The position numbers and the translations under genes were made by a program. The notes beneath the pieces were generated by a model. That model was given only the letters and a program-made list of their open reading frames with translations. It was not told the DNA's origin and searched no databases. Positions 38,848 to 51,412 of a stretch of DNA of 64,000 bases are shown here, one piece after another (within the stretch, counting starts at the first letter, position 1; the number at the start of each line of letters is the position of its first letter). The stretch comes from Octopus sinensis (lineage: Eukaryota), in the NCBI RefSeq assembly GCF_006345805.1, contig NC_043026.1:7750001-7814000 (forward strand). The letters run 5' to 3'.

Positions 38848-38889
38848 TAAAGTGATAAAGAAATAAAATATGAGTGTGCACGTGCGGGA

Positions 38890-40080
38890 GGAATATGTGA
38901 TCAACCGCAGAATATCATGGAAGGAACTTTGGGCTTGGGAACAAGCAAGAACATCCTTCTTGATCAAGTCTACCTTCGACGTTCTACCCTCACCGGCGAA
39001 CTTACTCCGGTGGAACATAAAAACAACCGATGTGTGTAGATGTGGAGAGAAAGTGATGGTTAGACATGTTCTGTCAGGTTGCAGACTAGCACTAGAAAGA
39101 TATACATGTCAGCATAATCAAGTCCTCGGCATCATAAGCGCAGCACTCAAGGATAAGATCGAGAGGTACAATCGGGGAGAGTACCCAAAAGTAGAAAAGT
39201 GCAGGAAAGTATACTTCCACAAGGAGGTAAAAGGATATAAAACCAGGCATACAAGTATAGTATATGAGATAGACGAAAGATGAAGGGATACTGGGAGGTG
39301 GCCACGGACTTGGAAAGACAAGTAATATTTCCACTAATAAAAACAACAAAAAGACCGGATTTAGTTCTATGGAACAGAGACCAGAGAATGAGAATTTTAC
39401 TAGAACTAACAGTACCTTGGGAAGAGAACACTGGCAATGCAGAGGAACGAAAGAAGAAGAGGTATGTAAAGCTAATCGAAGAATGCAGAGAACAGGGATG
39501 GAATGTCGAATATTATCACCTGGCAGTGGGGGCTAGAGGCTTCATTGAAAGGAAAATGTCAGCGCTTTTCAAAAGAAGATTTGTTTTTTCTAGCCTCGAG
39601 CTGCGTGAACTAATAAGGAGAGTACAGGAGGCGGTCGAAAAAGCCAGATTCTATATATGGCTGAAGCGGGAAGACCGAAAATGGCTTGAAAGTCTTAAAC
39701 ACGCCGACAGGAAATAACATCATTAGGTGAGACAAGCTGACTGACAGGTGACGGTCGTTTAGAGAATGCGTGGGCTAAAACTATGTGCCTTCACTAGTCA
39801 GTTAAGGTGAGACAGTGTCATGTGACAACTTGCTGGGGCTGCCTGCTGGAGCCTATGCGGCAAGTATTTAAAGGGAGAAATTTGACAAGACAGTCAGTCA
39901 CCGGCTGACACTCGCTGACGATACATCGAAGAGGCCAGGGAACAGAAGAAAGAAGACATGCACCCAACACCAGAGCTGAAGACACCTCCGAAATAGGGGC
40001 CCCACCACGTCAAAACGGTAGAGGAATAGGGGCCCGAAACTGGACGTGGTTCCTCCTGACGATGTCTTGAGCTAACTGGA
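38890..40080 (+). mobile_element. 5'-truncated R2-superfamily non-LTR retrotransposon with restriction-like endonuclease (HERO-like)
   Basis: FLIKSTFDVLPSPANL..W, a CCHC knuckle CRCG...HVLSGC, RYT..HNQVL, and the RLE motif RPDLVLW...LELTVPWEEN...ERKKKRY..L...C...GW...VGARGF. One frameshift near 39280, a stop at 39717 and a 3'UTR after it. Confidence 0.88.
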
Positions 40081-40633
40081 TCCTATAAAGGAGCTGTTGT
40101 GGTAGCAGACCACGAAACACTGTTGTAATTCCTCCTGTGTTTGTTTACACACACTTTAGCATTAATGCATTTGAAACCCACTTGTTGAACATAAGCCAAT
40201 GAAGGGGAGAGGGAGGGCTTGTCTGTGGCTGTTTCACTAGAAATAACAGTCCAGTCTCCCTCGAATCACAACCATGCCAGTTTTGTGAAGTAAACACAGT
40301 CCTGGATAATGAATTTCCTAGATACCTGTGAAAATGACTGGATTGTCATGGCTGGGTTGCTTTTAATTGTAATAAGTCTGTTGGATCATATACACCACCA
40401 AGAACAACAATATTTATAGAATGTCTAAGTCATTGACCTAAGAGTACATGTGATGGTGAGGGAGCAGAGCATCTAACAACTACCATCATCATCATCATCT
40501 GCTGCTGCTGCTGCTCAACCACTCCCTCCACCACCAGATGCTATCTACAAGTTATAAATATAAACCCAGGATGTTGGCAGGGGCAGGGGCAGTGCTATGT
40601 AATAACAGAGAAATCTAAGTTGTTTCTCTCTCT

Positions 40634-40672
<39 letters not shown>

Positions 40673-40890
40673 AACTACTACTATCACCACCACTGCAGAA
40701 CACCCAAATCAACAAAAGAAATGGATGTGGTAGCTAGATATCGTAGAAATAGCTGCCAAATCACCCTCTAATCGCACCCTACTTTCTTATCTGTGTGTGT
40801 ATGAGCTAATGAGAGACTTCTACATGGTACCTGGACCTGGTAGAAATAGTAACCAAATTTCAGCACCACCACACTGACACATGTGCCTCC

Positions 40891-40932
<42 letters not shown>

Positions 40933-41519
40933 GCTTAACTTCAAGTCAATCATGATTGTCTGTGGTTGAAACCCTTCCTGCCATGACCATCCTACCTATG
41001 TAAGTTTTCTCTGTTCAAAGTCTTTCCTCATTCTCTTTCTTAATAATCACATACGAGGGTGATCTGACTGTTGTTTCTATCAAGATGACTGAAGTGTGGT
41101 GAATGTTGTTGTGCAGGTTATGTGATATGGTGCTGCCCTCTGCAGTCAGTTCTGTTTCATCAAACATCTGTCATCCTGTTAGGGTACCTGATCATTACAA
41201 AATTTCCAAACGTGTGTGTGTGTGGATGGGTTGGTGTAATGAGACAGAAGTAAAATTTGGAAATGAAATCCTTTCACTTGCAACACGACTGAGGCCACCT
41301 CTGGTTCTGTGATACAAACCTCCTCTCTTGCAGAAATCTTAATTAAAACCTTCCATCAAAATTTTATGTTAATTGATGTTCCAAACACCACCTTAATTAT
41401 GGCAAAGGTTATTTAATTAAAATTTTTCATTATTTTGAAATTTTATTGAATCAAAAGTCTTGGATTGCAACAGAAATCTGCTAGCAAAAGGGTTAAGGCT
41501 GTTATTTGGTTATTATTCC

Positions 41520-41810
41520 TGTTGCTTTATTGGGGAACCACCTTGAAGAATCTTACTCAAGCAATTTAACTCTTTTTCTTTTAATTAAAACCTGATACTT
41601 ATTCTATCAATCTCTTTTGCTGAACTGCTACAATACAGGGATATAAATACACCAACACCAGTTGTCAGTTGAAGGTGTGTGTGCTGGGTTTCTTTCAGTT
41701 TCTGTCTACAAATCTGTTCACAAGGCTTTGGTCGGCCCAAGGCTGTAGTAGAAGACGCTTGGAACTGAACCCAGAACCATGTAGCTGGTAAGCAAAATTA
41801 TCCTACAGTC
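41520..41810 (-). mobile_element. SINE family A, diverged copy
   Basis: Reverse complement of head and tail motifs. Confidence 0.7.
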
Positions 41811-42129
41811 GTGTCTGTTGGAATAAATCCTTCCTATGTTATCAATATATTGATAAACAATCAATTTATTTGAAATTATGAATATTCTCTACCCTTAAAG
41901 TCCACTCGTGCCTTTCTTGTAATCATCATCATCATCATTTAACGTCTGTCTTCCATGTTGGCATGAGATGGACAATTTGACTGGAGCTGGCAAACAAGAG
42001 GACTGCACTAAACTCCACTGTGTTTTGGCATCATTCATATGGTTCAATGCTCTTCCTAATACCGGCAACGTTACAGAGTGGACTGGGTGCTTTTCACTTG
42101 GATGAAATGTAGTTTGTCCAGAATGAAAA

Positions 42130-43727
42130 TCATCATCATCATCGTTTAGCGTCCGTTTTCCATGCTAGCATGGGTTGGACGGTTCTACTGGGGTCTGTGA
42201 AGCCAGAAGGCTTCATCAGGCCCAGTCAAATCTGGCAGTGTTTCTACGGCTGGATGCCCTTCCTAATGCCAACCACTCCGAGAGGGTAGTGGGTGCTTTT
42301 TACGTGCCACCCGCACAGGTGCCAGACAGAGCTGGCAAACGGCCACGAATGGATGGTGCTTTTTATGTGCCACCGGCTCGAGGGCCAGGCGAGGCTGGCA
42401 ACGGACACGAAACAGGGCGGTGCTGGCAACGGTCGCGAAACGGAAGGTTCTCTTACATGCCACCGGCACTGGTAACACATCTGCAATTTCCATTGATCGA
42501 TTTCGATTCTGATCCTCACTTGCCTCAACAGGTCTTCACAAGTAGAGTTTTGTGTCCCAAGAAGGGAAGGTATGCATACGTAGGCTGGCTCCATCCCATG
42601 TAGAAGGCCACGGGTTATGGACTCACTTGTCCTGCCGGGTCTTCTCGCGCACAGCACACTTCCAGAGGACTCGGTCTCTAGTCATTTCCTCATTGAGACC
42701 TAAAGTTCGAAGGTCGTGCTTCACCACCTCGTCCCAGGTTTTCCTGGGTCTGCCTCTTCCACAGGTTCCCTCAACCGCTAGGGTGTGGCACTTTTTCACA
42801 CAACTATCTACATCCATTCTCGCCACATGACCATACCAGCGCAAACGTCTCTCTTGCACACCACAACTGATGCTTCTTAGGTCCAGCTTTTCTCTCAAGG
42901 TACTTACACTCTGCCGAGTATGAGTACTGACATTACACATCCATCGGAGCATACTGTCTTCATTTCTTGCGAGCTTACGCATATCCTCAGCAGTCACGGC
43001 CCATGTTTCACTGCCATGTAGCATGGCTGTTCGTACACACGCATCATACAGTCTGCCTTTCACTCTGTGCGAGAGGCCTTTTGTCACCAGCAGAGGTAAG
43101 AGCTCTCTGAACTTTGCCCAAGCTATTCTTACTCTAGCAGTTACACTTTCAGCACACCCGCCCCCGCTGCTGACTTGGTCACCTAGGTAACGGAAACTAT
43201 CAACTATTTCTAGTTTTTCTCCCTGGAAAGTGACGGAAGTTGGTCTCGGAGCATTTTCAGTGTTTATTGTTCCTGAGCATCTGCCACATACAAAAACCAT
43301 CTTCCTAGTTAGCCTTCCTTTGACATTGCTGCACCTCTTATGTGTCCATAGCTTACACTTGGTGCATCTTATAGAGTTTCTATCTACACCTTTTCTACAA
43401 ATCGAGCAGGGCCATCTACCTGAAGGCGTTTGTGATTTGTCTACCTTCCTACTGATTACGACTTTGGTTTTAGCTAGATTGACTTTGAGGCTCTTCGATT
43501 CTAATCCTTGTTTCCACACCTGAAACTTCTCCTCCAGTTCTGATAGCGACTCAGCAATTAGAGCAAGGTCATCAGCATAGAGGAGCTCCCAAGGGCATCC
43601 TGTCTTGAATTCCTCCGTTATTGCCTGGAGGACTATGATAAATAGGAGGGGGCTGAGTACTGAGCCTTGGTGGACCCCTACCACTACCCGGAATTCTTCA
43701 CTGTACTCGTTTCCAACCCTCACCCTA
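42130..43727 (-). mobile_element. Young 5'-truncated RTE LINE with an uninterrupted 366-aa RT C-terminal frame
   Basis: GVHQGSVLSPLLF, ELLYADDLALI, WPCSICRK...CTKCKLWTHKRC, FRYLG, LHGSETW, RLRWYGHV, GRPRKTW. 3'UTR array, palindrome and (GAT)n tail. Confidence 0.95.
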
Positions 43728-45157
43728 CTAGCAGCATCAAAATGTATAAATTATTGCATGAATTTCAATGAAACTTGTTAATACAATAAAATAATTGTTG
43801 GTGTACAGTGCGAGTGCAGAGTTTACCTGTTGTCATGTTACCCTCACCTGCCCAGGTAGGGCTGAATACAGGTAAGTTCATTACATGTAGGTGTTTTAGG
43901 TATTTTCACTTATATTTACAAGATATTAATTACTGGTCATCAATTTCTTAATAAATCATAAATAAAGTTATAAATGATTAATAAATATCACCAAATTCTG
44001 ACTCACTGTTAGAGGTGTTAACGAACATTAAGCTCAAGAATTGGAGAAATTAATTGGATAAATCTCAAAAATAAACATCCGTGGTGTGAACAAGTTGTCA
44101 CCTGACAGGAAGTGCTTTCTAGACTTGTTTCTCATACAGAAGAGTGCTTAGTTTCAGTCTAACAAAACAACTTATCATTTGTGGAATTAAATATTTGGTG
44201 ATAAATGCAGATACCTGTAGTCGAGAACTTAATAAATACTTTGCTTTGTCAATTGTGATTAACTGCTGTTAACAATAATTAGTTTACCTTACCATACCAG
44301 GGAGCATCTACATAGTAGCCAGATGTCCCTTACTAACTAAATTAAGAAAAAATACACTAAAACAATTAGATCTTCAAGATGTATAAATAAATATACATCA
44401 GTGAAACTTGTCTCTGATGAATCCACTCTCTACAGATATACTGGGGGCCACTGGTGTTACAATTCTGTGAATGTCAATGGAAGAAACTTTTAATTATTTT
44501 TGGTTTAGAATTAATATTAAGCAGTATTTCAATTTTATATTGAAGGAAATATTGAACAAATATTAAAACATTAAAACACAAGTGTAATCATTACTTAAAC
44601 AGTTTGTTCAGAACATAAAAAATGTAATTGGTAATATTGTGGTTTGCTTTTGTATGAGATAATCAGCTGTATGTAATCAATAATGCAATGGATTTCAGGA
44701 GGAAATAAAAGCCTGTGGAATTGCTCATTACTGGCTGTTTTCAATCTATAAATTAATGATTGCCATTGGTTAATTACTCTATCAAGTCATTTCACTCCCA
44801 AATAATTATCGTTTCCTTGTGATTAGTACTTTTTTTAAACATGGTACATCAAATATTGAATGAGAATCAAAGAATTTAAGAACAGCAAAACTAAATTCAT
44901 TTAATTTCTTTCTAAATTTTATTGATTGGATGAAAATATGAGTTTCCAGTAGAAAAATAGAGTGAAGTATCCCTCCCCCCTTGAAGCAGTAAGTGGCCCA
45001 AATTGAAAACTAAAGATAATAGAATGAGGCCCTTAAAAGGCATGTAATCTGGCCCTTGTAGCTCAATCCTAGCTCATCCCTGTACATCAGTCATAATAAT
45101 TCTTTGTTTGTCAGCCCAGTCATTAGACAGTTTACCATTGTTTTTTTGTTTTTCTAG

Positions 45158-45353
45158 AAATCTGCTAAAGACCCTTCAATTGATTCTGTGCCCCCTTTAC
45201 TCACTGCTGAAGAAGAAACAAACTATGAGTTTCCTGTCACTAATCTCTATGAATTGGAAAGTCGAGTGTTTGTGGATCAATGGTCAATCCCGTATCGTAA
45301 AGAAGAATCCCTCGGCAAATGTCTCCTTGCTTCCACTTATTTTGCAGAAGCAG
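45158..45353 (+). CDS. USP24: USP24 coding exon 2
   Basis: ttctag|AAA...GCA G|gtcagt. KSAKDPSIDSVPPLLTAEEETNYEFPVTNLYELESRVFVDQWSIPYRKEESLGKCLLASTYFAEAG matches USP24 EFPTTNLYELESRV...WSIPYKREESLGKCLLASTY. Confidence 0.95.
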
Positions 45354-46037
45354 GTCAGTATAAATGAACACTTTTGTTATTGTTTCAGGTCTCTGCTTCC
45401 CATGCTTATCTGGCTTTGCTGGGTTATCATGATCTCAGTCAGTTCTTTGTCATAATTATTGCCATAGTAGATAGGTCAGAGGACTTCTCATGGATTCTAC
45501 TTTAAGCATAGTTTCAATGGTTCGTATATTTTATCATGGCTCCAAATGTAGCCATCCTGACTTTTTTCTTTGGGAGATATTATTTAAAATAACCTTAACT
45601 TCTTTGTGAAAAAGCTCAAGTTGTAAGAATCCTTACTCTTCCGTAATTATGGATTTATTAAACATTATCTACCTTCATATCTGTTGACTTCACTTAAGAT
45701 TTTCAACAGATTTTTTATTGAAATTATAACCAGCACTGATTTGGTTACAGAATTTTCTATCTGAGACGTGAGATGTTAACAAACAGTGAGATCAAAAATG
45801 GGAAAAATGGTTAATGGGTGTATATATGCCATATTTCATCAGCACCATATCCTCCAGCGCATCAACCATCCGCAAAGTCATTACTTAAATAACCACTAAA
45901 TACAGCAGTGTAACGTTATTGGATACACTAATTTCATACATTAAACACCTTCTTGGCAGCTGGTATGTGCATATTAATGACTTATAAAGATACCTTATTC
46001 CATTATGTGACCATAATATGCTACAAAGTATATTTAA

Positions 46038-46258
46038 CCCTTTCGTTACTGTATTTATTTTGAGATGCTCTGTGTTTCTTTCAATTATTTTAAATATAAC
46101 AAAGAATTTAGTAAAATGACTTAGTTATCATTTAGCTAGTGTTAGGAACATAAATTGTGTCTAAGGTTTGGTGGAAGATTTTAATTTAAAATTTATGAAA
46201 ACAAGACATTTGTACTACAGAGTCAGAGCCGGTTTCAGCCAGGTTGGTAATGAAAGGG
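46038..46258. mobile_element. piggyBac-like MITE
   Basis: TTAA|CCCTTTCGTTAC...GTAATGAAAGGG|TTAA, 221 bp. Confidence 0.8.
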
Positions 46259-47469
46259 TTAAGTAGTCGGATACAAAACTTCATAACAAATATGTGCTGG
46301 CTATAATTTCTATAGAAAATCTGTACGGATAACCTTAACCTGTGATTTAATAGCACTGCTAACACAGTAGAAAATAGTATTGACTTATAAAGTGTTTAAT
46401 ATACTTTGTTGTATATTATGGTTGCATAACAAACTGCAGTGTCTCTGTGAGTCATTAATCCATTGATCTGTTTATGAACCCTGAGAATCTTTTCACCATC
46501 ATCTTGTCTTCCGATCAGTTTCTGTACAGGCATTGACTGGACACGTCATCACAGTTCTAATTTGTTGTTATTAAAAGTTACTATCCACCTGATCTTGCTT
46601 GTAGCATGGTTTCCATAGTTGAATGCACTTCTTATCTCCAACCACAATTGGGATTACAGAATTTTCATATCTAATGGGGACACATTGAATACTTGCACCA
46701 AGTTTAAATGTCTGGAGTTTCTACTCCACTGGTTATGAACTTTTTCTTTCTGTTGAGATTTGGTAGCTGTTTCTGCCAGGTCCAGCTGCCATGTAGAATT
46801 CTCCCTCATTGGCTCATACATACATAAGACAGTAGGCTGTGATATGAGGAAGATTTGACTGCTATTTATACCAGGCCTATCTCCCCTATAGAGTTCTCCT
46901 CCTTCATTGTCACTTTATATCTGAAGTGTATACATTGATTTCTGCCCCACCCATTTGATATCTGTAGCGTCAGAGCTGAGGAGTTCAGTCTGTGCTAGAT
47001 ACAGTGGGCAGGAAATCAGTCGTTGAAGGAGGTCAGACATTAGACGCACGAGATAAGAGAAGTCAAATAGCTTGGATAAGCAAGAGAAAGAAATTATGTA
47101 AATTATCTCTTGTCGTTGTCATTATTATTTATGTCTGGCATGCATCGGATGTGAAAGGAGGATCTGATGACGATCAGAGCTTGCTGCCAGGTCTCATTTT
47201 TGCTCTGCTTTCTGTGATTTGGTCTTTCCTAGCTCCAAAATGAGTGTTTTGGATGCATTTTATCATGGCATCAACGCCAGAGAAGTTATAAAATGATGCT
47301 AATGATGTGCGTGTGTATGCATATATATATATATATATATATTTATATTGTTGCTATTATGTTAAACTGTTGTATGTCCAAATTTGGCCAAATGCGTTTT
47401 TCTCTATATTTAATTTAGCATGCAATAGCTGGTTCTTTTGGTCAAGCTATTCTATGTCCAGCTGCTTCA

Positions 47470-49250
47470 GATGCCAAGATATGGAAATTTTGGATCAGGT
47501 AATGAAAGTCATGGAGAGTGTCATAGCCCAACTAATTAGGAAGGGAGTTAGTCTAGATGAGATGCAGTTTGGGTTTGTGCCAGGGAAAAACACCACTGAT
47601 GCTATGTTTCTGGTAAGATAGCTGCAGGAGAAATACCTAGCCAAATATAAACCTCTGTACCTGGCTTTTGTTGATATGGAGAAAGCCTTTGACAGGGTCT
47701 CCCGATCCCTTATCTGGTGGTCAATGCTGAAACTAGGGATAGAAAAGTGGTGAGTGAGAGCTGTACAAGCCACGTACAGAGAAGCTGTTAGTAAGGTGAG
47801 GGTTGGCAACAAGTACAGTGAAGAATTCCAGGTAGGGGTAAGGGTCCACCAAGGATCAGTCCTCATCTCCCTCTTATACATTATAGTCCTCCAGGCAATA
47901 ACGGAGGAATTCAAGACAAGATGCCCCTGGGAGCTTCTCTACGCTGACGACCTTGCTCTAATAGCTGAGTCACTATCAGAACTAGAGGAGAAGTTTCAGG
48001 TGTGGAAGCAAGGTCTAGAATCAAAGGGCCTTAGAGTCAATCTAGGAAAAACCAAAGTCTTAGTAAGTAGGAAAGCAGACAAACCACAAATCCCTTCAGG
48101 TAGATGGCCCTGCTCGATCTGTAGAAAAGGCGTGGGTGGATACATAAAGGTGCAGCAATATCAAAGAAAGTCTAACTGGGAAGATAGTTTTTGTATGTGG
48201 CAGATGCTCAGGAGCAATAAACACTGAAAATGGGCAGAGAACAACTTCCACCACATTTCAGGGAGAAAAACTAGAAGTAGTTAATAGCTTCAGTTACCTA
48301 GGTGACCAAGTCAGTAGTGGAGAAGGGTGCGCTGAACGTGTAGCTGCTAGAATAAGAATAGCCTGGGCAAAGTTCAAAGAGCTCTTACCTCTGCTAATGA
48401 CAAAGGGCCTCTCGCTAAGAGTAAAAGGTAGACTGTATGATGTCTGTGTACGAACAGCCATGCTACATGGCAGTGAAACATGGGCTGTGACTGTTGAGGA
48501 CATGTGTAAGCTTGCAAGGAATGAAGCTAGTATGCTCCGCTGGATGTGTAATGTCTGTGCATACACAACAGAGTGTAAGCACCCTATGAGAAAAGTTTGA
48601 TGTAAGAAGCATCAGTTGTGCTGTGCAAGAGAGACAACTGCGCTGGTATGATCATGTGTTGCATATGGATGAGGACAGCTGTGTGAAAAAGTGTCACACC
48701 CTAGCAGTAGAGGGGAACCTGTGGAAGAGGTAGACCCAGGAAGACCTAGGATGAAGTGGTGAAGCACGACCTTCAAACGTTGGGCCTCACCAAGGTGATG
48801 ACAAGTGACTGAGACCATTGGAGATATGCTGTGCTTGAGAAGACCTGGCAAACCAAGTGCGACTGTAACCGTAGCCTATGCCAGTGCAGCATAACCAGCC
48901 TTTCAATCATTGGGCAATAAACTGTGCTTGCAAAGACCTGTTGAGGCAAGTGAAGTCGTTGTCATGGCTGATGACAGTACTGCCTGATTTGCACCCATGC
49001 TGGTGGCACGTAAAAGACACCATTCAAGCGTGGTTGATGCCAGTGCTGCCTGACTGGTCCTTGTGCTGGTGGCACGTAAAAAGAACCCACTACACTCTCA
49101 GAGTGGTTGGCGTAGGAAGGGCATCCAGTTGTAGAAAGTTTACCAGATTGGATTGGAGCCTGGTGCAGCCTTCTGGCTTGCCAGACCTCAGTCAAAATGT
49201 CCACCCCACACCAGCATGGAAAGCGGACGTTAAACGACAACGATGATATA
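47470..49250 (+). mobile_element. 5'-truncated RTE LINE (RT and 3'UTR), decayed
   Basis: QFGFVPG, AFVDMEKAFD, VHQGS, LLYADDL, LHGSETW, then 3'UTR units and the CCAGCATGGAAAGCGGACGTTAAACGAC end. Confidence 0.92.
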
Positions 49251-49554
49251 GTACAACGGTTTAGCATTTTTCAAAAGTGTAGTAAGTCCCACATACGATA
49301 GTTTTGCAAAGATATTTCTCACTGAAAATATACGTGCATGGAGTTAGGATTTTATGTGCCTGACAAAGTATTATTTTTAAGCTGAAACTGTTGCTAATAT
49401 AAAACGAAATGGAATGGTGGAACTATTTTTTGTTTTCTGAAAAAGTAATGTTTTGGACATCTGACATTTTTATCATAATAGAAACTATATATATATACAT
49501 GCAGCATACACACACACATATATATATACATGCAGCACACACTCTCATACATAT

Positions 49555-49900
49555 CATCATTTAACGTCTGTTGTCCATGCTGGCGTAGGTTGGACAGTTT
49601 GACCAAAGCTGGTAAGCTGGAAGGCTGCACCAGACTCCATCCTGATTTGGTATGGTTTTCTACGGCTTGATGCCCTTCCTAATGCCCACCCCTCCGAGAG
49701 TGTAATGGGTCCTTTTATGTGCCATTGGCATGGGTGCCATTTACCTGACACCGGTATCTTCCAGAACTGTGCTTTTGCTCGGCTTGATGGGTCTTGTTCT
49801 CAAACACGACATAATGCCAAAGGTGTTGGTCATTGCCTCCGTGAGGCCCAACACTTGAAAGGAACTCAGCCACTTTGCCTCCATGAGGCCCATATGTATG
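49555..49900 (-). mobile_element. RTE LINE 3'UTR fragment
   Basis: TCATCATTTAACGTC...CCATGCTGG end motif, inverted relative to the copy ending at 49250. Confidence 0.8.
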
Positions 49901-50103
49901 TATCATTGAAGTCATTTGTATTTTATCTCTGTTTTTCTTGTTGGCAGGGGTTGGACGATTTCTCTGATGCAGTGTTTCAAGGCCAGATGTCCTTCCAGTC
50001 CTCAAAACCCTTTTAACCATCATAGTAAGGGTTACATCTAAGGTATCCCTCCTCTCTCCCCATTCTATTTATCTCTCCTGCACCTCATTCTTCTCCATTC
50101 CAG

Positions 50104-50171
50104 GGTTTGCTGACACCAATGAACACTGTAAGCGCTTCATGACACAATGTATGCCGGAAGCTTTTAAAAAG
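50104..50171 (+). CDS. USP24: USP24 coding exon 3
   Basis: ttccag|GG TTT...AAG|gtaaac, 68 bp, phase 1/0. (G)FADTNEHCKRFMTQCMPEAFKK matches USP24 DENCRRFMDRCMPEAFKK. Confidence 0.95.
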
Positions 50172-50699
50172 GTAAACTCATCTTCTCTATCTATTTACCT
50201 CTCTCACTCTCTCTCTAACTTTCTCTTTCTCTCTCTGCCTGTCTCTATACCTTCTTTCCATCCCCCTCCTCCCTCTCTCTTGTTATATCCTGTACCCACC
50301 ACGTACTCCAAATCCCATCAACATTGTTGCCAGCTGCTTTGACTATATTTTTCATAACTTATCTAATTTGTGATGCTGTTCTTGTTGTCTTGACCAGACC
50401 CATCGTAACAGACATTCCTACCACGACCATCTTGTCTATATTTCCAATCATCTTCCTCCCCACCAATGTCATGCTGTGATCTGCATTCCTCCCAGACCAA
50501 CCCAGTTCTGTTGTGTAACTTGGAAGTCATGGGTGGAGTGGCACTGGGGTGGGGATAGGACTCAGGTCACAGACTTTTGCATTTTGGAAGAATTTTCCAG
50601 GATACATCACATTTGTAAAAGCAGGAGAACAACATTGGATAATAACAGCTAAGGTTTCCATTTAGAGGAACAGCCTTTAAGCTTGCATCAAGTTGGTCC

Positions 50700-51150
50700 C
50701 AATGTTGGAGTTGACTTCACTCAAATCTTTGAACAGAGGAGAAGCAGGACTTGCGCCAGGCTTGGTTTTTCTGATGCGTTGTTTTCCCAGGAAGAAAAGG
50801 GAATGTTGCATTGCTACAAATTGTCTTTTAGTTTGTCATTGAAAGGGCAAGAGTGGCCCCTTCCAACTGACCTTCGTGTTAGGAAATGGCCAAAGAGAAG
50901 TTATTTCAGAATTCTGATATCACTCAAATGTGAGAGATGACCTGACCATCTGAGCTGTCTTTTGATGAGGATGGCTTCAATACCAGACATACTGCAAAAT
51001 GTTAGCACCTTACTGTTATGAATATGGTCGCTCAGTTTTATGTTGGAGATTGTATGCAAACTTGGCATATGGAAAGCATCAAGTTGGTTGGTATGCTTTT
51101 GGTACAAGGTGCATGTTTCAGCATCATAAAGCAATGATGTCAAAACCATC
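50700..51150 (-). mobile_element. RTE-BovB-type LINE remnant
   Basis: VLTSLLYDAETCTLY..H..QLDAFHM.SL.TI.NIK.SD...N..VL......IEA.LIK.QLRWSGHL resembles the BovB-type RT C-terminus and differs from the dominant RTE family. Confidence 0.7.
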
Positions 51151-51164
51151 GACTTATTTGTATG

Positions 51165-51179
<15 letters not shown>

Positions 51180-51205
<26 letters not shown>

Positions 51206-51412
51206 TTGTGTGTCTGTGTTTGTCCCCCTAGCATTGCCTGACAACCGATGCTGGTGTGTTTACATCCCCGTCACTTAGCGGTTTGGCAAAAGAGACCGAT
51301 AGAATAAGTACTGGGCTTACAAAGAATAAGTTCCGGGGTCGATTTGCTCGACTAAAGGCGGTGCTCCAGCATGGCCGCAGTCAAATGACGGAAGCAAGTA
51401 AAAGAGTATATA
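51180..51412 (+). mobile_element. SINE family A, 3' half
   Basis: Close match to 60490-60700. Confidence 0.88.

Noticed and set aside
40020-40065. Type II hammerhead from CCCGAAAC...CTGACGA in the RLE element 3'UTR
   Set aside because: There is no room for helix I, and the helix II strands do not pair.
42175-42603. Recurring ORFs starting MDGSTGVCEARR or MLAWVG (also 33089-33475, 33595-34047)
   Set aside because: They are antisense translations of the LINE 3'UTR, repeated only because the element is repeated.
50040-50060. GTATCC as a U12 intron donor
   Set aside because: It lies inside the intron near an acceptor, not at an exon end; all mapped introns are GT-AG without U12 signatures.
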